A stretch of 64,000 nucleotides of DNA from Nakamurella sp. GTDB taxonomy: Bacteria; Actinomycetota; Actinomycetes; Mycobacteriales; Nakamurellaceae. The stretch lies in assembly GCA_039916325.1 (NCBI GenBank), contig JBDSLP010000168.1, positions 1,100-65,099 of the forward strand, read 5' to 3'. The notes under the pieces are model-generated. The model was not told where the DNA came from. It was given only the letters and a program-made list of their open reading frames with translations, and did not search any database. This document shows, one piece after another, positions 1-8,569 of the stretch. The position numbers were made by a program, and so were the translations under genes. Each line of letters starts with the position of its first letter. The stretch's first letter is position 1.

Positions 1-133
1 CCCGAGGGGTTCCGTCGGCCGCCTCGAAGAGCAGGTTCCCGCTGTTGAGAAACGTCCGCACGGCGGTGAACCCGGCGGCGGTGCCGATCGCCCGGAGGTC
101 GGCCATCGCCACCGTCGCCCCACCCACGTTCAC
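1..133 (-). CDS. DUF1697-like protein, N-terminal part (gene runs off the left edge of the window)
   Basis: Minus-strand reading from GTG at 133 gives VNVGGATVAMADLRAIGTAAGFTAVRTFLNSGNLLFEAADGTPR, which matches the (R)G(V/I)NVGG...SGN..F N-terminal signature of DUF1697 proteins. The upstream ATG at 161 is out of frame (see findings). Confidence 0.4.
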   Translation of the reverse strand, partial: MNVGGATVAMADLRAIGTAAGFTAVRTFLNSGNLLFEAADGTPR

Positions 134-170
134 CGCGCACCATCGCCACCGAAGCCGTCATGGCACCCGA

Positions 171-1010
171 TCATGCTCCGCCGGGGTCGCGAGCGAGCAA
201 CCTGCGGGCCCGCTCGACAACCGGTCGGTCGACCATCCGGCCGTCGACCTGGGTCGCCGACTCCCCCGCGGTGACGACCGATCGGGCCCAGGTGAGCTCC
301 GCAACCGACGGCGTGAACCCGGCCCGGACGGCAGCGAGCTGGCGCGGGTGAATACAGAAGGCACCGGCGAAGCCGATCCCGCGAGAGGCCCGCGCGGACG
401 CGAGAACCGCTTCACTGTTTGTGATCTCGACCGACGGCGAGTCCAGCGGAGCGGCGATCCCGGCGGCCCGGGAGGCCAGCACGATCTGGGCCCGGGCATA
501 CCCGAGGAGCGGTCCGGGGTCCCCGGTGGCGTCCACGTCCGCGGCCAGGTCCAGCGCGCCGAACGCCAGCCTGACGACGCCGGGGACGCCGGCCAGCGCC
601 TGGGCGGCCAGGACCCCACGGGCCGTCTCGAGCAACGCGACCACCGGCACCGGCCCGTCGAACGCGGCGTGCAGCAGGGTCGCCAGCTCGGCGAGCGCCG
701 TCGGGTCGTCGGCCTTCGGGGCCACCACCCCCTGCAGCGACACCCCGGGATGACGGGTGAGGTCCTGCAGCAGCTGGCGGTCGGCATCACTCTCCGGACC
801 ACCGAGGGGGTTGACCCTGACCAGGAACCGGTGCTCCCCGGTGCGCAGGGCCGTCCGGACGTGATCCCGGGCGGCGGCCTTGGCCGACGGTGCCACCGCG
901 TCCTCGAGATCGATGATCACCACGTCGGCGCCGGACGCGGCGGCCTTGCCGAACCGGTCCGGGCGATCGCCCGGGACGAAAAGCGCGGTGACCGCGTCCG
1001 CGACCCTCAT
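171..1010 (-). CDS. HpcH/HpaI aldolase / citrate lyase beta subunit (CitE)-like acyl-CoA lyase
   Basis: 279-aa ORF with ALFVPGDRPDRF, VIIDLEDAV, PKADD and CIHPRQ, the characteristic CitE-like family pattern. Confidence 0.8.
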   Translation of the reverse strand: MRVADAVTALFVPGDRPDRFGKAAASGADVVIIDLEDAVAPSAKAAARDHVRTALRTGEHRFLVRVNPLGGPESDADRQLLQDLTRHPGVSLQGVVAPKADDPTALAELATLLHAAFDGPVPVVALLETARGVLAAQALAGVPGVVRLAFGALDLAADVDATGDPGPLLGYARAQIVLASRAAGIAAPLDSPSVEITNSEAVLASARASRGIGFAGAFCIHPRQLAAVRAGFTPSVAELTWARSVVTAGESATQVDGRMVDRPVVERARRLLARDPGGA

Positions 1011-1045
1011 CGCGACACCCGGAACCCACTGGTGGGGGTGGCCCG

Positions 1046-1621
1046 GTGCGGGGCATGCTGACCGGCATGACCGAGACCCCGCAGCGCCGGAGCCCCGACA
1101 GGTGGCTCGATCCCGACGACGATCCGCGGGACGGCGGCGCCGACTTCGGCGAACCTGCGGTGCTCGCCGGTTATCTGCGGCACTACCGACAGACGCTGGA
1201 ATTGAAGTGTTCCGGGCTGACCGCTCAACAGCTCGCCTGCCGCTCGGTGCCGCCGTCCACCCTGTCGTTGCTCGGTCTGCTGCGGCACATGGCCCGGGTC
1301 GAGCACACCTGGGCGGTACGGGTGATCGAGGGTCGGTCGGACCTGCCCAAGCTGTACTGGACGGCGGCGAACAACGACCTGGACTTCGACGGGGCCATCG
1401 CCGACGACGCGGTGGTCGATGACGGCTGGGCCACCTGGCGTCGGGAGGTGGCCCACGCGGAGCAGGTCTACGCGACGAAGCGACTTGACGATGTGGTACT
1501 CCGCCACGGAGAGCGCTCCGAAATTCGGGACATCGTCGTGCACATGATCGAGGAGTACGCCCGGCACTGCGGACACGCCGATCTGCTGCGCGAATGCGTG
1601 GACGGTCGCACCGGCCAGTGA
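1046..1621 (+). CDS. DinB-superfamily / DUF664 (mycothiol-transferase-like) protein
   Basis: 191-aa ORF with LLRHMARVEH and HMIEEYARHCGHADLL, the DinB/DUF664 His-rich helix-bundle motifs. Start is ambiguous (GTG 1046, ATG 1055 or ATG 1067). Confidence 0.7.
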   Translation: MRGMLTGMTETPQRRSPDRWLDPDDDPRDGGADFGEPAVLAGYLRHYRQTLELKCSGLTAQQLACRSVPPSTLSLLGLLRHMARVEHTWAVRVIEGRSDLPKLYWTAANNDLDFDGAIADDAVVDDGWATWRREVAHAEQVYATKRLDDVVLRHGERSEIRDIVVHMIEEYARHCGHADLLRECVDGRTGQ

Positions 1622-1626
1622 GTCGA

Positions 1627-2136
1627 TCATGACGTGGACCCGGTCGCGGCCGGCAGGTGGCCGCGCCGGTAGACCATGAACGTCCGACGGAACCGGATCA
1701 CCACCGTGCCTTCCTGATTGACCCCCTCCGACGACACCGTGACGATTCCGAGGTCCGGCCGGGAGGCCGACGGCCGCAGCTCGAGCACCGTCGACCGGGA
1801 GTGGATGGTGTCGTCCTCGAACACCGGGTGCGGCATCCGGACCTCGTCCCAGCCGAGGTTGGCGAAGACGTTCATCGACAGGTCGATCGTCGACTGGCCG
1901 GTGACCAGCGCCAACGTCAGCGTGGAGTTGACCAGCGGGCGCCCGTACGCCGTTCCCGCCGCGAACTCCCTGTCCAGGTGGATCTTGGCCACGTTCTGCG
2001 TCAGCAGGGTGAACCACTGGTTGTCGGTCGCGGTCACCGTCCGGCCGAACGGGTGGTGATACACGTCGCCGACGGCGAAGTCCTCGAACAACCGCCCGGT
2101 CCAGCCGGGCACGTCACGGGTGGGCGACTCGATCAT
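1627..2136 (-). CDS. MaoC-family (R)-specific enoyl-CoA hydratase/dehydratase
   Basis: 169-aa ORF, hot-dog fold pattern (FAVGDVYHHP...TVTATDNQWFTLLTQN...STVLELRPS). Confidence 0.75.
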   Translation of the reverse strand: MIESPTRDVPGWTGRLFEDFAVGDVYHHPFGRTVTATDNQWFTLLTQNVAKIHLDREFAAGTAYGRPLVNSTLTLALVTGQSTIDLSMNVFANLGWDEVRMPHPVFEDDTIHSRSTVLELRPSASRPDLGIVTVSSEGVNQEGTVVIRFRRTFMVYRRGHLPAATGSTS

Positions 2137-2254
2137 GGGATCCTCCGGCGACGGTGGCGGCTTCGCCCCCAGCCTGACACCGTTCAGCCGTTTGCACCCG
2201 GTGGCCGGGTTGCCGACCCTGGGCAGGCGTCCCGGTCCGACCTATCCTGACCAG

Positions 2255-3085
2255 GTGGAACGCCGGCTCGCGGGGATGGTGCTGCTGCTCGTCGCGCTGA
2301 CCGTGATCGTCGCGGTTCCACGGCTGCTGGCACCGCAACTGGTCGCCCGGCCGTTGGCGCTACCGCTGCCGGAGCCGCCGGCCGTCGGCGCCTGCCTCGA
2401 GCTGGATCCGACCGTCGCCGAGGTGCCGTGCAGCGACGTGCATGCCGCCGAGGTCACCGCCCACTGGCCGGCGGACAGCCCCGGCCGGCCGACGGGGACC
2501 GGTGAGTCCCGCTGTCGGGCGGCCGCCTTCGAGTACGTCGGTCTCGGGCTGGTCGGATCGGCTCAGGTGTGGCGGCCTGCGTTCGGCGCCCACAGCCGGC
2601 TGCTGTCAGCACCGCCGGCGCAGCGGGCCGGCGACCGCGGCTGGTCGGCGTGTGTGATCCGACCAGCCCGCACGATGTCGTCGGTCGGCTCGGTCCGGGA
2701 TCAGGGCGTGGCCCCCAGCACCCGCCCGGCGGCGTTCGGCCTGTGCGTGACCGGCGGCGGGGTGGTGGTCTCCTGCGACCAGCCACACCGGATCGAGTAC
2801 CTCACCGAAGCGGTCGGCTTCGCGGGGTCGCTGGTCGGGGGGGCTTCCGCGACCCGATGGCGGACCGGCTGCTCCGACCTCGCGACGGAGCTGCTGGGCA
2901 ACCCCGATCCCACCCTCGGCGGCAAACTGGCCGTCGAGTTCATGACGCTGGCGGCTGATCCGCAGACCGGATTCGATCCCCCGTCGTCGATCGTCTTCGC
3001 GCTGTGCGCAGTGGCGGTCACCGGCGACCGGGACCTCCGCGGTTCGCTGTTCGGGCTGGGTGACGCCGACCTGCCGCTGGTCTGA
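2255..3085 (+). CDS. Membrane-anchored Cys-rich secreted protein (septum-formation-domain-like), function unknown
   Basis: RR-flanked N-terminal TM segment (MVLLLVALTVIVAV) followed by repeated C....C/DxPH-type motifs (CSDVHAAEV, SCDQPHRIEY). I prefer GTG 2255 as start because the ORF-track start at 2120 overlaps the MaoC start. Confidence 0.5.
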   Translation: MERRLAGMVLLLVALTVIVAVPRLLAPQLVARPLALPLPEPPAVGACLELDPTVAEVPCSDVHAAEVTAHWPADSPGRPTGTGESRCRAAAFEYVGLGLVGSAQVWRPAFGAHSRLLSAPPAQRAGDRGWSACVIRPARTMSSVGSVRDQGVAPSTRPAAFGLCVTGGGVVVSCDQPHRIEYLTEAVGFAGSLVGGASATRWRTGCSDLATELLGNPDPTLGGKLAVEFMTLAADPQTGFDPPSSIVFALCAVAVTGDRDLRGSLFGLGDADLPLV

Positions 3086-3164
3086 CGCCGTCCACCGTTC
3101 GGTGGACGGCGGAGCCCCTCACCCGGTGGTGCCGCCCGGGCGGACCGCAGCGCACGCTGGGTCC

Positions 3165-4121
3165 ATGACCGAATCAGCGCTCACCGCCGCCCGGCCGACC
3201 ACCTCACCGGCCGCCGTCGCCATCCGTATCCGTGGCCTGGTCAAGACCTACGACGGGGTGCGCGTCGTCGACGGGCTCGACCTGGACGTCATGACCGGGG
3301 AGTGTTTCGCCCTGTTGGGTCCCAACGGCGCCGGGAAGACGACCGCCATCGAGATCCTGGAGGGTTTCCGGGTCCGCGACAGCGGCGAGGCCAGCGTCCT
3401 CGGCAGCGATCCGGCGCACGGCAGCCGCGCCTGGCGGGCCCGCATCGGCGTCGTCGCGCAGTCCACCGGCGACAGCCTGGACCTGTCCGTCCGGGAGATC
3501 CTGGATCACTTCGCGGTGTACCACGCCAACCCACGGCCCACCGGCGAGCTGATCGCTGCGGTCGGTCTGGAGTCGAAGGCCAAGACCCGGATCAACGGGC
3601 TGTCCGGCGGGCAACGCCGGCGGCTGGACGTAGCCCTGGGGGTCCAGGGGCAACCCGACCTGCTCTTCCTGGACGAACCCACGACCGGCCTCGACCCCCA
3701 GGCCCGACGGCAGTTCTGGACGCTGGTCGAGCAGCTCAAGGCAGCGGGCACCACCATCGTCCTGACCACCCACTACCTGGACGAGGCCGCGCACCTGGCC
3801 GACCGGGTCGGCGTCATCAACGGCGGGCGGATCGTCGAGATCGCTCCACCCGAAGAGCTGGGCGGCCGACTACGCGGTACCGCGACCGTCAGCTGGCTCA
3901 CCGATGGTCACCGCGAGGAGATCACCACCACCACCCCGACTGCGGTGCTGCGGGACGTTCTGACCCGCCATTCCGACGGCGAGCTCAGCGAACTCTCGAT
4001 CTACCGGCCCACCCTCGAGGACATCTATCTGTCGCTGATCGACAACACCGCTACCCACACCGCAGCGACCCACGCCGCAGCGACCCACGGCACGACACCC
4101 ACTGCGGAGGACCCGTCATGA
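3165..4121 (+). CDS. ABC transporter ATP-binding protein (DrrA/ABC-2 type)
   Basis: Walker A GPNGAGKTT, signature LSGGQRRRL, Walker B LLFLDEPTTGLD. I chose ATG 3165 rather than the 3060 ORF start. Confidence 0.9.
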   Translation: MTESALTAARPTTSPAAVAIRIRGLVKTYDGVRVVDGLDLDVMTGECFALLGPNGAGKTTAIEILEGFRVRDSGEASVLGSDPAHGSRAWRARIGVVAQSTGDSLDLSVREILDHFAVYHANPRPTGELIAAVGLESKAKTRINGLSGGQRRRLDVALGVQGQPDLLFLDEPTTGLDPQARRQFWTLVEQLKAAGTTIVLTTHYLDEAAHLADRVGVINGGRIVEIAPPEELGGRLRGTATVSWLTDGHREEITTTTPTAVLRDVLTRHSDGELSELSIYRPTLEDIYLSLIDNTATHTAATHAAATHGTTPTAEDPS

Positions 4122-4957
4122 CCACCAGCGCTCCGATCGGCCCGTCCCGCACCGCCACCCTGACCCCGCCCGGCTGGCCCCCGGTCGCGCTGGCCCGGGT
4201 GAAGCTGGAGACCAAGCTGTTCTTCCGCCAACGCGACCAGCTGGTGTTCTCGTTTCTCTATCCGCTGGCCATGCTGCTGATCTTCGGCTCCGTGTTCGGG
4301 GGCGAGGAGGCCTCACCGGGGGTGTCGTTCAGTCAGTACTTCGTGGCCGGCATCGCCGCGACCGGCATCATGCTGACCAGCTTCCAGTCCCTCGGTATCA
4401 GCATCGCGGTCGAGCGCGACCAGGGTGACCTGGCTCGGCTGCGCACCACTCCGATGCCGACGGTGGCCTACTTCATCGGCAAGGCCGGCATGGTGCTGGT
4501 GTCGACCGCGCTGCAGCTGGCGCTGCTGCTGATCCTCGCGAGGGTCGCCTTCGACGTGCCGTTCCCGGTCGACGCCGCGCATTGGGTGACCTTCGCCTGG
4601 ATCGCGCTGCTCGGCTCGGTGTCCGGTTCGATCCTGGGCTTCCTGGTGTCGTCGCTGCCGCGTAGCGGCAAATCCGCCAGCTCGGTGATCGCCCCGATCG
4701 CGCTGGTCCTGCAGTTCTTCTCGGGAGTCTTCTTCGTCTATGCGAGTCTTCCTGGATGGATGCAGCAGGTGGCGGCGCTGTTCCCGCTGAAGTGGTTGAC
4801 CCAGGGCATGCGGTCGGTGTTCCTGCCGGCGGACGCCGCGGCCGCGGAGGTGACGGGCGGCTGGGAGCACGGCAGGACCGCGCTGGTGCTGATCGCCTGG
4901 ACGGTAATCGGCCTGGTGTTGGCGAGCCGGACGTTCCGGTGGCGTCGCGCCCAGTGA
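4118..4957 (+). CDS. ABC-2 type transporter permease
   Basis: ATGA start/stop overlap with the ATPase gene. About 6 hydrophobic segments in the 3' part of ORF 3302..4957 (FSFLYPLAMLLIFGSVFGG...). Confidence 0.85.
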   Translation: MTTSAPIGPSRTATLTPPGWPPVALARVKLETKLFFRQRDQLVFSFLYPLAMLLIFGSVFGGEEASPGVSFSQYFVAGIAATGIMLTSFQSLGISIAVERDQGDLARLRTTPMPTVAYFIGKAGMVLVSTALQLALLLILARVAFDVPFPVDAAHWVTFAWIALLGSVSGSILGFLVSSLPRSGKSASSVIAPIALVLQFFSGVFFVYASLPGWMQQVAALFPLKWLTQGMRSVFLPADAAAAEVTGGWEHGRTALVLIAWTVIGLVLASRTFRWRRAQ

Positions 4958-6279
4958 CCGCCCCGAGTCCGGTGACCGCTCCGACAGACCCGACCGCCCC
5001 GACCGGCGAGCCCGGGGACACCCGGTGGGGCCGGGCCGCCCGGGCGATGATGCCGGCCCGCGGGGGCGGCGACGGCATCACGGACGGTGGCGCCCCACTC
5101 ACCGAGCACGGTTGGCGGGCCAGCGTGATCGGGCTGCATCTGGCGATGGGGGTGGTCCTCGGGTTGGCGCTGGTGACCGTGCTGCTCGAATCGCCGCCGG
5201 GCAACCGCAGTTGGCTCGCGCTCGGCGCTCTCGCCGTGCTCGGAGCGGCGTACCTGATCCGCGGTGCCCGGGCCATCTCCGGCGACGATCCGAACGGTGC
5301 GCTCATCTACCTGAGCGTGCTGATCGTGATCACCGGGGTCGTCGCGTGGACGGCGCCGGGCGCCCTGTTCCTGCTGTTCCTGGCCTATCCGCAGATCTGG
5401 TTCCTGGTCGAGAGCTCCAAGCCCGGGGTGATCTGGACCTGCCTGCTCGCCGCGTCCAGCGGGATCGGGCTGACCGTGGCGGCGGTGCAGCAGGATGTGA
5501 CGCCCTGGTCGGCGGTGACATCGTCCGGGATCGGACTGGTGTTCAGCGTGCTGATGGGTACCTGGATCGCCCGGGTCCTCGCGCAGAGCCGGCAGCGGGC
5601 CGAGCTGATCGCCGAGTTGGAGGCCAGCCGGGCGGAGGTTGCCCGGCTGCACCACGACCAGGGCGTCGCCCAGGAACGTGAACGGATGGCCCGCGAGATC
5701 CACGACACCCTGGCCCAGGGATACACCAGCATCGTGATGCTCGCCCAGACCGCGCTGGGTCAGCTCGACGATCGCCCCGACGTGGCTCGCGAAAGGATCG
5801 AGCTCGTCGAGGAGGTGGCCCGGGAGAACCTGGCCGAGGCCCGCCGGGTGGTGGCCGCCTTCACGCCGCCGTCGCTGGACGGCTCGACCCTGATCGAGGC
5901 GCTGGCCGGGCTGGCCGCCCGGTTCGAACGCGAGACCGGCATCGCCGTGACCGCTGATCTGCCGCCGGCCGCCGTGGTCGACCGGGACCGCGAGGTGGTG
6001 CTGCTGCGGGCCGCCCAGGAGGCACTCACCAACGTCCGCCGACACGCCGCGGCCACCACCGTGAAGCTCAGCCTGACGGATGGGCAGGACGTGTCGTTGG
6101 CGGTGACGGACGATGGCGTGGGGTTCGATGCGACCACCGCCGGGACCGGCCTGGCCGGGTTGCGCAGCCGGGTGGTCCAAGGCGACGGCACGGTCCAGGT
6201 CCACAGTCGCCCCGGCGCAGGCACCACGGTGATCGTGACCGTACCGGCCGCGCAGCCGACGTCCACGCCGTGCCGATGA
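4954..6279 (+). CDS. Sensor histidine kinase, HisKA_3/NarX-LiaS type, multi-TM with no large extracytoplasmic domain
   Basis: GTGA overlap with the permease stop. TM-rich N-terminus, H-box MAREIHDTLAQ, and HATPase_c motifs (EALTNVRRHA, DDGVGF, GTGLAGL). The exact start is uncertain. Confidence 0.85.
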   Translation: MTAPSPVTAPTDPTAPTGEPGDTRWGRAARAMMPARGGGDGITDGGAPLTEHGWRASVIGLHLAMGVVLGLALVTVLLESPPGNRSWLALGALAVLGAAYLIRGARAISGDDPNGALIYLSVLIVITGVVAWTAPGALFLLFLAYPQIWFLVESSKPGVIWTCLLAASSGIGLTVAAVQQDVTPWSAVTSSGIGLVFSVLMGTWIARVLAQSRQRAELIAELEASRAEVARLHHDQGVAQERERMAREIHDTLAQGYTSIVMLAQTALGQLDDRPDVARERIELVEEVARENLAEARRVVAAFTPPSLDGSTLIEALAGLAARFERETGIAVTADLPPAAVVDRDREVVLLRAAQEALTNVRRHAAATTVKLSLTDGQDVSLAVTDDGVGFDATTAGTGLAGLRSRVVQGDGTVQVHSRPGAGTTVIVTVPAAQPTSTPCR

Positions 6280-6908
6280 TCCGGGTGCTGGTGGTGGACG
6301 ATCATCCCGTGGTCCGCGGCGGCCTGGTCGCGATGCTGGACGGGCAGGCCGACATCGTGGTCGTCGGTACCGCTGAGGACGGTCAGCAGGCCGTCGCCGC
6401 GGTCACCGCCGACCCGCCGGACGTCGTGCTGATGGATCTGCGAATGCCCCGCCTGGACGGCGCCGGCGCGACCGAGCAGATCGCGGTGAGTCACCCTGAA
6501 GTCCGGGTGCTGGTGCTGACCACGTACGACACCGACGCCGACATCGTGCGCGCGGTCGGCGCCGGCGCCTCGGGTTATCTGCTCAAGGACGCGCCGCTGT
6601 CCACCCTGATGGAGGCCATCCGGGCCGCTGTCCGCGGCGAGACGGTCCTCGCCCCACCGGTCGCGGCGAGGTTGATGTCCCGGATGCGTACGCCGCCGGC
6701 GGAGGCGCTGACCCCGCGGGAGGTCGAGGTCCTGGCCGCGGTGGCCCGGGGGCTCCCGAACCGCGAGATCGCACTCGCCCTGTTCATCGGGGAGGCCACG
6801 GTCAAGACCCACCTGCTGAGGATCTTCGCCAAGTTGGGGGTGGACGACCGTACCCGGGCCGTCACGGTCGCGATGGAACGCGGGATCCTCGCGGTGCCTG
6901 GCCGCTGA
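6276..6908 (+). CDS. NarL/LuxR-family response regulator
   Basis: ATGA overlap with the kinase stop. MIRVLVVDDHPVVR...VVLMDLRMP receiver domain and C-terminal LTPREVEVL...EATVKTHL HTH. Confidence 0.9.
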   Translation: MIRVLVVDDHPVVRGGLVAMLDGQADIVVVGTAEDGQQAVAAVTADPPDVVLMDLRMPRLDGAGATEQIAVSHPEVRVLVLTTYDTDADIVRAVGAGASGYLLKDAPLSTLMEAIRAAVRGETVLAPPVAARLMSRMRTPPAEALTPREVEVLAAVARGLPNREIALALFIGEATVKTHLLRIFAKLGVDDRTRAVTVAMERGILAVPGR

Positions 6909-6970
6909 CCACCGGACCTGCAGCTACCGGCCCTGCAGCTACCGGACCTGCGGTAGCTGGGCCGGAAACG

Positions 6971-7012
6971 CCGCAAGGGCGGTCACCCCGGATGGGATGA
7001 CCGCCCTTGCGG
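6971..7012. terminator. Strong hairpin between the convergent regulator and cspA genes (candidate bidirectional terminator)
   Basis: Perfect inverted repeat ccgcaagggcggtca / tgaccgcccttgcgg with a 12-nt loop, 17 nt past the cspA stop. Confidence 0.6.
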
Positions 7013-7028
7013 ACCTGCTGACTTCGTC

Positions 7029-7232
7029 TCAGACGACGGTGACGCCGGTCGCCTGCGGGCCCTTGGGGCCCTGGGTGACGGTGTAGCTCACGCGCTGGTT
7101 CTCGTCCAGGCTGCGGTAGCCACCCGAGTTGATCTCGGAGTAGTGCACGAAGACATCAGCACCCGAATCCTCGGGGGTGATGAAGCCGAAGCCCTTTTCC
7201 GCGTTGAACCACTTCACAGTTCCGGTAGCCAT
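7029..7232 (-). CDS. cspA: Cold-shock protein, CspA family
   Basis: 67 aa, [18 protein letters not shown]...DVFVHYSEI (RNP1/RNP2 motifs). Preceded by a roughly 240-nt relatively AT-rich leader (7233-7474). Confidence 0.97.
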   Translation of the reverse strand: MATGTVKWFNAEKGFGFITPEDSGADVFVHYSEINSGGYRSLDENQRVSYTVTQGPKGPQATGVTVV

Positions 7233-7474
7233 TGAGTTCTCCTCTGACTGGTATCCGTCGGCCGTCCGCGGATGCGAACGACCGGGTCTGTCTGGAAATC
7301 CGACATCTCTGGATACGACGATCGAGAGGATTCTCAGGCCGAAGCCGTCGAATGGTTATGCGAAAAACAAGATCTGTTGACCACGAATATTCAAGCACGC
7401 CTGCCGCGGATCACCAAACTCCGGGTCACATCGACCCACCCGCGCCACGCCGGGCCGCCACGGGTCCGGTCCGG

Positions 7475-8371
7475 TCAGATCTCCAGGACGAGCTTCCCGC
7501 GGACGTGTCCGGTCTGCGACAACCGTTGTGCTGCAGCCGCTTCCGACAACTGGAAGACCTCCTGAACGGCCACCCGGTAACGGCCCTGCACGTACAGGCG
7601 GGCTGCGACTCCGAGAGCGTCCCAGCAGCGCCCCTCGCCACCGCCGCTGACCTTGGCACCGAGACTCGGTGCGCTGAAGTCGGCCACGCTGACCACCGCG
7701 GCGGGGTCCCCAGTGAGCTCGATGAGTTCGGGGAGCACGCCGGAGCCCGCGACGTCCAGGGCGATGTCGACCCCGGATGGGGCAACCTCCCGCACCCGCT
7801 CCACGAGGCCGGGGCCGTAGGCGACCGGGACCGCCCCCAGCTCGACGAGGTAGGCGTGGTTCGACGGGCCGGCCACCCCTATCACCGTCATCCCCCTGGC
7901 CACCCCGAGCTGCACCGCGGCGCTACCGACGCCGCCGGAGGCGCCGTTGATCACCACGGTGGTGCCGTCCCGGGCGTCCACCGCCGCGTACGCCCGGACC
8001 GCGGTCTCCGCGGCCAGCGGCAGCCCAGCGGCTTCGGCCCAACTCATCGCGGCCGGTTTGGCCGTCCACGCCCGCAGCACTGCGAACTCGGCGTAGCCGC
8101 CCTTGACTGCGGAGCCGAGGACCTCGTCGCCGACGGCCACCCCGGCCACTCCCTCACCGAGCTCGTCCACCACTCCCGCCACGTCGACGCCGGGGATGTA
8201 GGGCAGGGTCTTCACCGGGATCGACCCGGAGCGGTACTTGGAGTCGATCGCGTTGACCGCGGCCGCCCGGACCGCGACCCGGATGCGCCCCGGGCCGGGC
8301 CGGGGCGCATCGACCTCGACCATCGCCAGCACCTCGGGTCCGCCGTACCCGGCGAACTGGACTGCCCTCAT
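7475..8371 (-). CDS. NADPH:quinone oxidoreductase / zinc-type MDR alcohol dehydrogenase family
   Basis: Last 298 codons of the 1137-aa ORF 7475..10888, starting at ATG 8371: MRAVQFAGYGGPEVL...INGASGGVGSAAVQL. Confidence 0.85.
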   Translation of the reverse strand: MRAVQFAGYGGPEVLAMVEVDAPRPGPGRIRVAVRAAAVNAIDSKYRSGSIPVKTLPYIPGVDVAGVVDELGEGVAGVAVGDEVLGSAVKGGYAEFAVLRAWTAKPAAMSWAEAAGLPLAAETAVRAYAAVDARDGTTVVINGASGGVGSAAVQLGVARGMTVIGVAGPSNHAYLVELGAVPVAYGPGLVERVREVAPSGVDIALDVAGSGVLPELIELTGDPAAVVSVADFSAPSLGAKVSGGGEGRCWDALGVAARLYVQGRYRVAVQEVFQLSEAAAAQRLSQTGHVRGKLVLEI

Positions 8372-8569
8372 GTGATCCTCCCTCGTCGTGGTCGACAGCC
8401 GCTGCCGTCCGGCGACGCCGACCACCCACCTCGCGCCGGTCCCGCGGCCCCGCCACAGGTGCGGGATACTCGAGGAGGCGACCACCGTTCGAGGCGAGGA
8501 TCGTCGAGCAGTCGCAACGACGAGCCACCGTGCGGGACATCGCACGGGTCTGACGATACGGACGTACGA

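Noticed and set aside
2120-2254. ORF-track start (GTG 2120) of the Cys-rich membrane protein
   Set aside because: It would overlap the divergent MaoC start codon region by 17 nt and add a Gly/Pro-rich leader before the RR-TM anchor. An internal GTG 2255 or ATG 2276 is more plausible.
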